Assembly: GCA_937867305.1 (NCBI GenBank)
Contig: CALMKJ010000156.1
Location: 12,011-76,010 of the forward strand
Source of the DNA: an uncultured Ectothiorhodospiraceae bacterium
Lineage (GTDB): Bacteria > Pseudomonadota > Gammaproteobacteria > JAABTG01
Direction of reading: 5' to 3'
DNA: 64,000 nucleotides
Of the stretch, positions 62,495 to 64,000 are shown in pieces. The first letter of the stretch is position 1, and every line of letters starts with the position of its first letter. The notes below the pieces were generated by a model that was given only the letters and a program-made list of their open reading frames with translations, did no database searches and was not told where the DNA came from. A program made the position numbers and the translations under genes.

Positions 62495-63469
62495 ATGCGT
62501 CGACGCGTCTCGTTGTTCGTGCGTCCCAGCGCGCGCCGTCACGGGGAGTCCGGTCTTGCTCTGATGGACGTGCTCCTCGGTATGGCGATCTTCGCCCTGG
62601 TCGCTGTCATCGCCGTTCAGGCGTTCGGCATCTTCAAGCAGCGTGCCTATGTCACGCAGGCAGTCTCCGACGCCCACCAGGTGGGCATGGCGATCGCCGC
62701 AGCCATGACGGACCCCAACTTCATCCCCGGGCCTGGCATGGCGGACTCGCCGACGATCCCGACCGGGACGATCACCGACGACCAGTTGGGCGCGCTGGGT
62801 GCCAACCGGACCGCCGAGAACCGGATCGTGATCCAGGTGGACCCCGGTGTCGGGTACAACGTGTGCGTCGACAACCAGTACGCCTACGCCTGGTACGAGC
62901 AGGAGCCCGGCACCGTCACCCGGTCCGGGAAGCTGTCGGAATCCGAGCCCGGCTGCGAAGACTTCGTCAGCGGGGACCCCGTGTGCATCGACCCGAGCGA
63001 GACCCCGATCTGGATCGACCCGGAACCGGCCTACATGGAGGACTACAACCCGACCGTCAGCTACGACAGCTCCGACTTCGCTCTGCCGTGGGACGCCGGC
63101 ATCACTCAGGACTACTGGGCCGCCAACGGTCACAGCTGGTGGCAGGGCGACGGGCACACGTACACGCTCGACCCGTACAGCTCGTCCGGCGCGTGGGTGC
63201 TGCGCGACGGCGTCCAGTTCGGCAACGACTGGAACGGCGACCCGGTTCAGGTCGGGCGACTCGACAATCACTGGGTGTTCCCGTGGGACGAGTACGACGA
63301 GGCCGAGTACCAGGCATTGGTGGGCGACCGGTTCTACTGGAACGACGACGGCGCCACCTACACGGCCGACTTCGAGGGTTACGTGTACCGCAACGGCGAC
63401 CTGTTGACCCTGCAGGTGGAGGTACCGGCCGAAGACGGTCACTGGTACTGCGACTCCGGCGTCGGCTGA
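62495..63469 (+). CDS. prepilin-like secreted protein (Trp/Asp-rich globular domain); paralog of the 1..1041 product
   Basis: N-terminus MRRRVSLFVRPSARRHGESG|LALMDVLLGMAIFALVAVIAVQAFG is a class-III-signal-like leader (basic, Gly, hydrophobic helix, Asp at +5). GAAAGAAAAGG RBS; class-3 motif about 45 nt upstream. Confidence 0.5.
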   Translation: MRRRVSLFVRPSARRHGESGLALMDVLLGMAIFALVAVIAVQAFGIFKQRAYVTQAVSDAHQVGMAIAAAMTDPNFIPGPGMADSPTIPTGTITDDQLGALGANRTAENRIVIQVDPGVGYNVCVDNQYAYAWYEQEPGTVTRSGKLSESEPGCEDFVSGDPVCIDPSETPIWIDPEPAYMEDYNPTVSYDSSDFALPWDAGITQDYWAANGHSWWQGDGHTYTLDPYSSSGAWVLRDGVQFGNDWNGDPVQVGRLDNHWVFPWDEYDEAEYQALVGDRFYWNDDGATYTADFEGYVYRNGDLLTLQVEVPAEDGHWYCDSGVG

Positions 63470-63477
63470 CATCGGAC

Positions 63478-63516
63478 TGTGTGCGGGGAGCACGTTTGGC
63501 GTCTTCCCGCACACAG
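63478..63516. promoter_or_regulatory. perfect inverted repeat CTGTGTGCGGGGA-N14-TCCCCGCACACAG (two class-1 cores facing each other) between the pilin-like gene and the cvpA-like gene
   Basis: Seen directly; the right arm is the class-1 element 8 nt upstream of the cvpA-like ATG. Confidence 0.4.
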
Positions 63517-63523
63517 AACCGGC

Positions 63524-64000
63524 ATGAGCCCTTTCGACTTCGCCATCATCGCCATCATCGCCGGTTACGCGTTGGCCGGTTTCTGGAACGGTTTGCTGCC
63601 GAGCGTCGCCTCGATGCTGGGCATGCTCGGTGGCCTGGCGCTCGGGGCCGTGGTCGCCCCGCTCCTGCTGTTCGGTGCCGACCCGGGCCCCTGGGTGAGC
63701 GTCTTCACCGTCGTCCTGGTCGTTGGCATCGGTGCCACCGTGCAGGGCCTGGTCACCCATGCTGCCAACCGGACCCGGGACCGGGTCTCCTCGGACGGTC
63801 TGCGGCTCGCTGACGCCGGCGGCGGGGCCGTGGTCAACGGTCTCGGTGCGGGTGCGCTGGTCGTGTTGCTGGCCGGTGCGATGGTGAACATCCCGCACGA
63901 GGGCATCTCCGGGGTCATCCGCGAATCTTCGGTCGTGTCCGCTGCGGAGAAGTGGACGCCTTCCGGTCTCGACACGGTTGCGTCGAAGTTCGCCGACGTG
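63524..64000 (+). CDS. cvpA: CvpA-family membrane protein (N-terminal 159 aa; continues beyond window end)
   Basis: Manual translation MSPFDFAIIAIIAGYALAGFWNGLLPSVASMLGMLGGLALGAVVAPLLLF... The N-terminal FDxxIxxII...GxxxG pattern and multi-TM topology are typical of the colicin V production protein family. Absent from track because no stop lies in the window. Confidence 0.5.
   Translation, partial: MSPFDFAIIAIIAGYALAGFWNGLLPSVASMLGMLGGLALGAVVAPLLLFGADPGPWVSVFTVVLVVGIGATVQGLVTHAANRTRDRVSSDGLRLADAGGGAVVNGLGAGALVVLLAGAMVNIPHEGISGVIRESSVVSAAEKWTPSGLDTVASKFADV

Noticed and set aside
58702-63898. 798-aa and 625-aa minus-strand ORFs
   Set aside because: Antisense to the 991-aa gene and the pilin-like gene respectively. 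The sense strands have class-1 and class-3 motifs and RBSs.
1-64000. CRISPR arrays, insertion-sequence transposases, integrase/recombinase genes
   Set aside because: I found no regularly spaced direct repeats with unique spacers, no DDE or tyrosine or serine recombinase signatures, and no terminal inverted repeats.

Overview
This window is high-GC (about 70%) actinobacterial-type DNA. It is densely packed with genes and looks like the interior of a large mobile genetic element: a conjugative plasmid or ICE, or a phage-plasmid. It does not look like core chromosome. I found no capsid, portal, tail or terminase genes, and no relaxase.

Strand blocks:
- minus: 1..23036
- plus: 23900..41339
- minus: 41360..42447
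- plus: 42533..43543
- minus: 43598..44602
- plus: 44690..45177
- minus: 45178..47530
- plus: 47633..64000

Neighbouring genes are frequently translationally coupled through ATGA, GTGA or TGATG stop/start overlaps.

Content I could recognise:
- Replication and partition: a TOPRIM-type primase fused to a P-loop helicase, with an iteron-like and relatively AT-rich putative origin upstream; a TadZ/CpaE/ParA-family ATPase; an mIHF-like nucleoid protein.
- DNA translocation and conjugation-like functions: one VirB4/TrbE-like ATPase with a DEAW Walker B motif, three FtsK/SpoIIIE/HerA-like ATPases, and two paralogous prepilin-like secreted proteins near the two ends of the window. The first runs off the window start and is not in the ORF track.
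- Nucleic-acid and defence-associated genes: an ArdC-like antirestriction protein, a PLD-family nuclease, a NERD-domain protein, an APH-like kinase, two GNAT acetyltransferases and a SAM-dependent methyltransferase.
- Two intein-containing genes: a ThyX-like thymidylate synthase carrying an HNH intein, and a Cas4/RecB-like Fe-S exonuclease carrying a LAGLIDADG intein that has no Cys1 and a Thr at +1.
- Others: a dATP/dGTP diphosphohydrolase-domain protein; a calcineurin-like phosphoesterase; two sigma-70-family sigma factors, one of them an ECF sigma followed by a coupled membrane anti-sigma candidate; one tRNA-Lys(UUU) and two degenerate tRNA-like sequences.
- A release-factor homologue split across two reading frames at an exact CTT TGA C heptamer, as in prfB programmed +1 frameshifting.

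The strongest pattern at genome scale is three families of short, highly conserved upstream motifs:
- class 1, G[TA]GCAC-N12-CCCGCACAC, sits 7-10 nt before start codons and also precedes the tRNAs;
- class 2, GTGGTGGCACAGG, sits 6-8 nt before starts;
- class 3, the near-palindrome TTTGCGCATGGTG.

These look like element-specific promoters or operators, possibly read by the element's own sigma factors. Most long arginine-rich ORFs in the six-frame track are antisense artefacts of the high GC content, and I did not call them. Coordinates for motifs, repeats, tRNAs and window-edge ORFs came from manual line counting and may be off by 1-2 nt.
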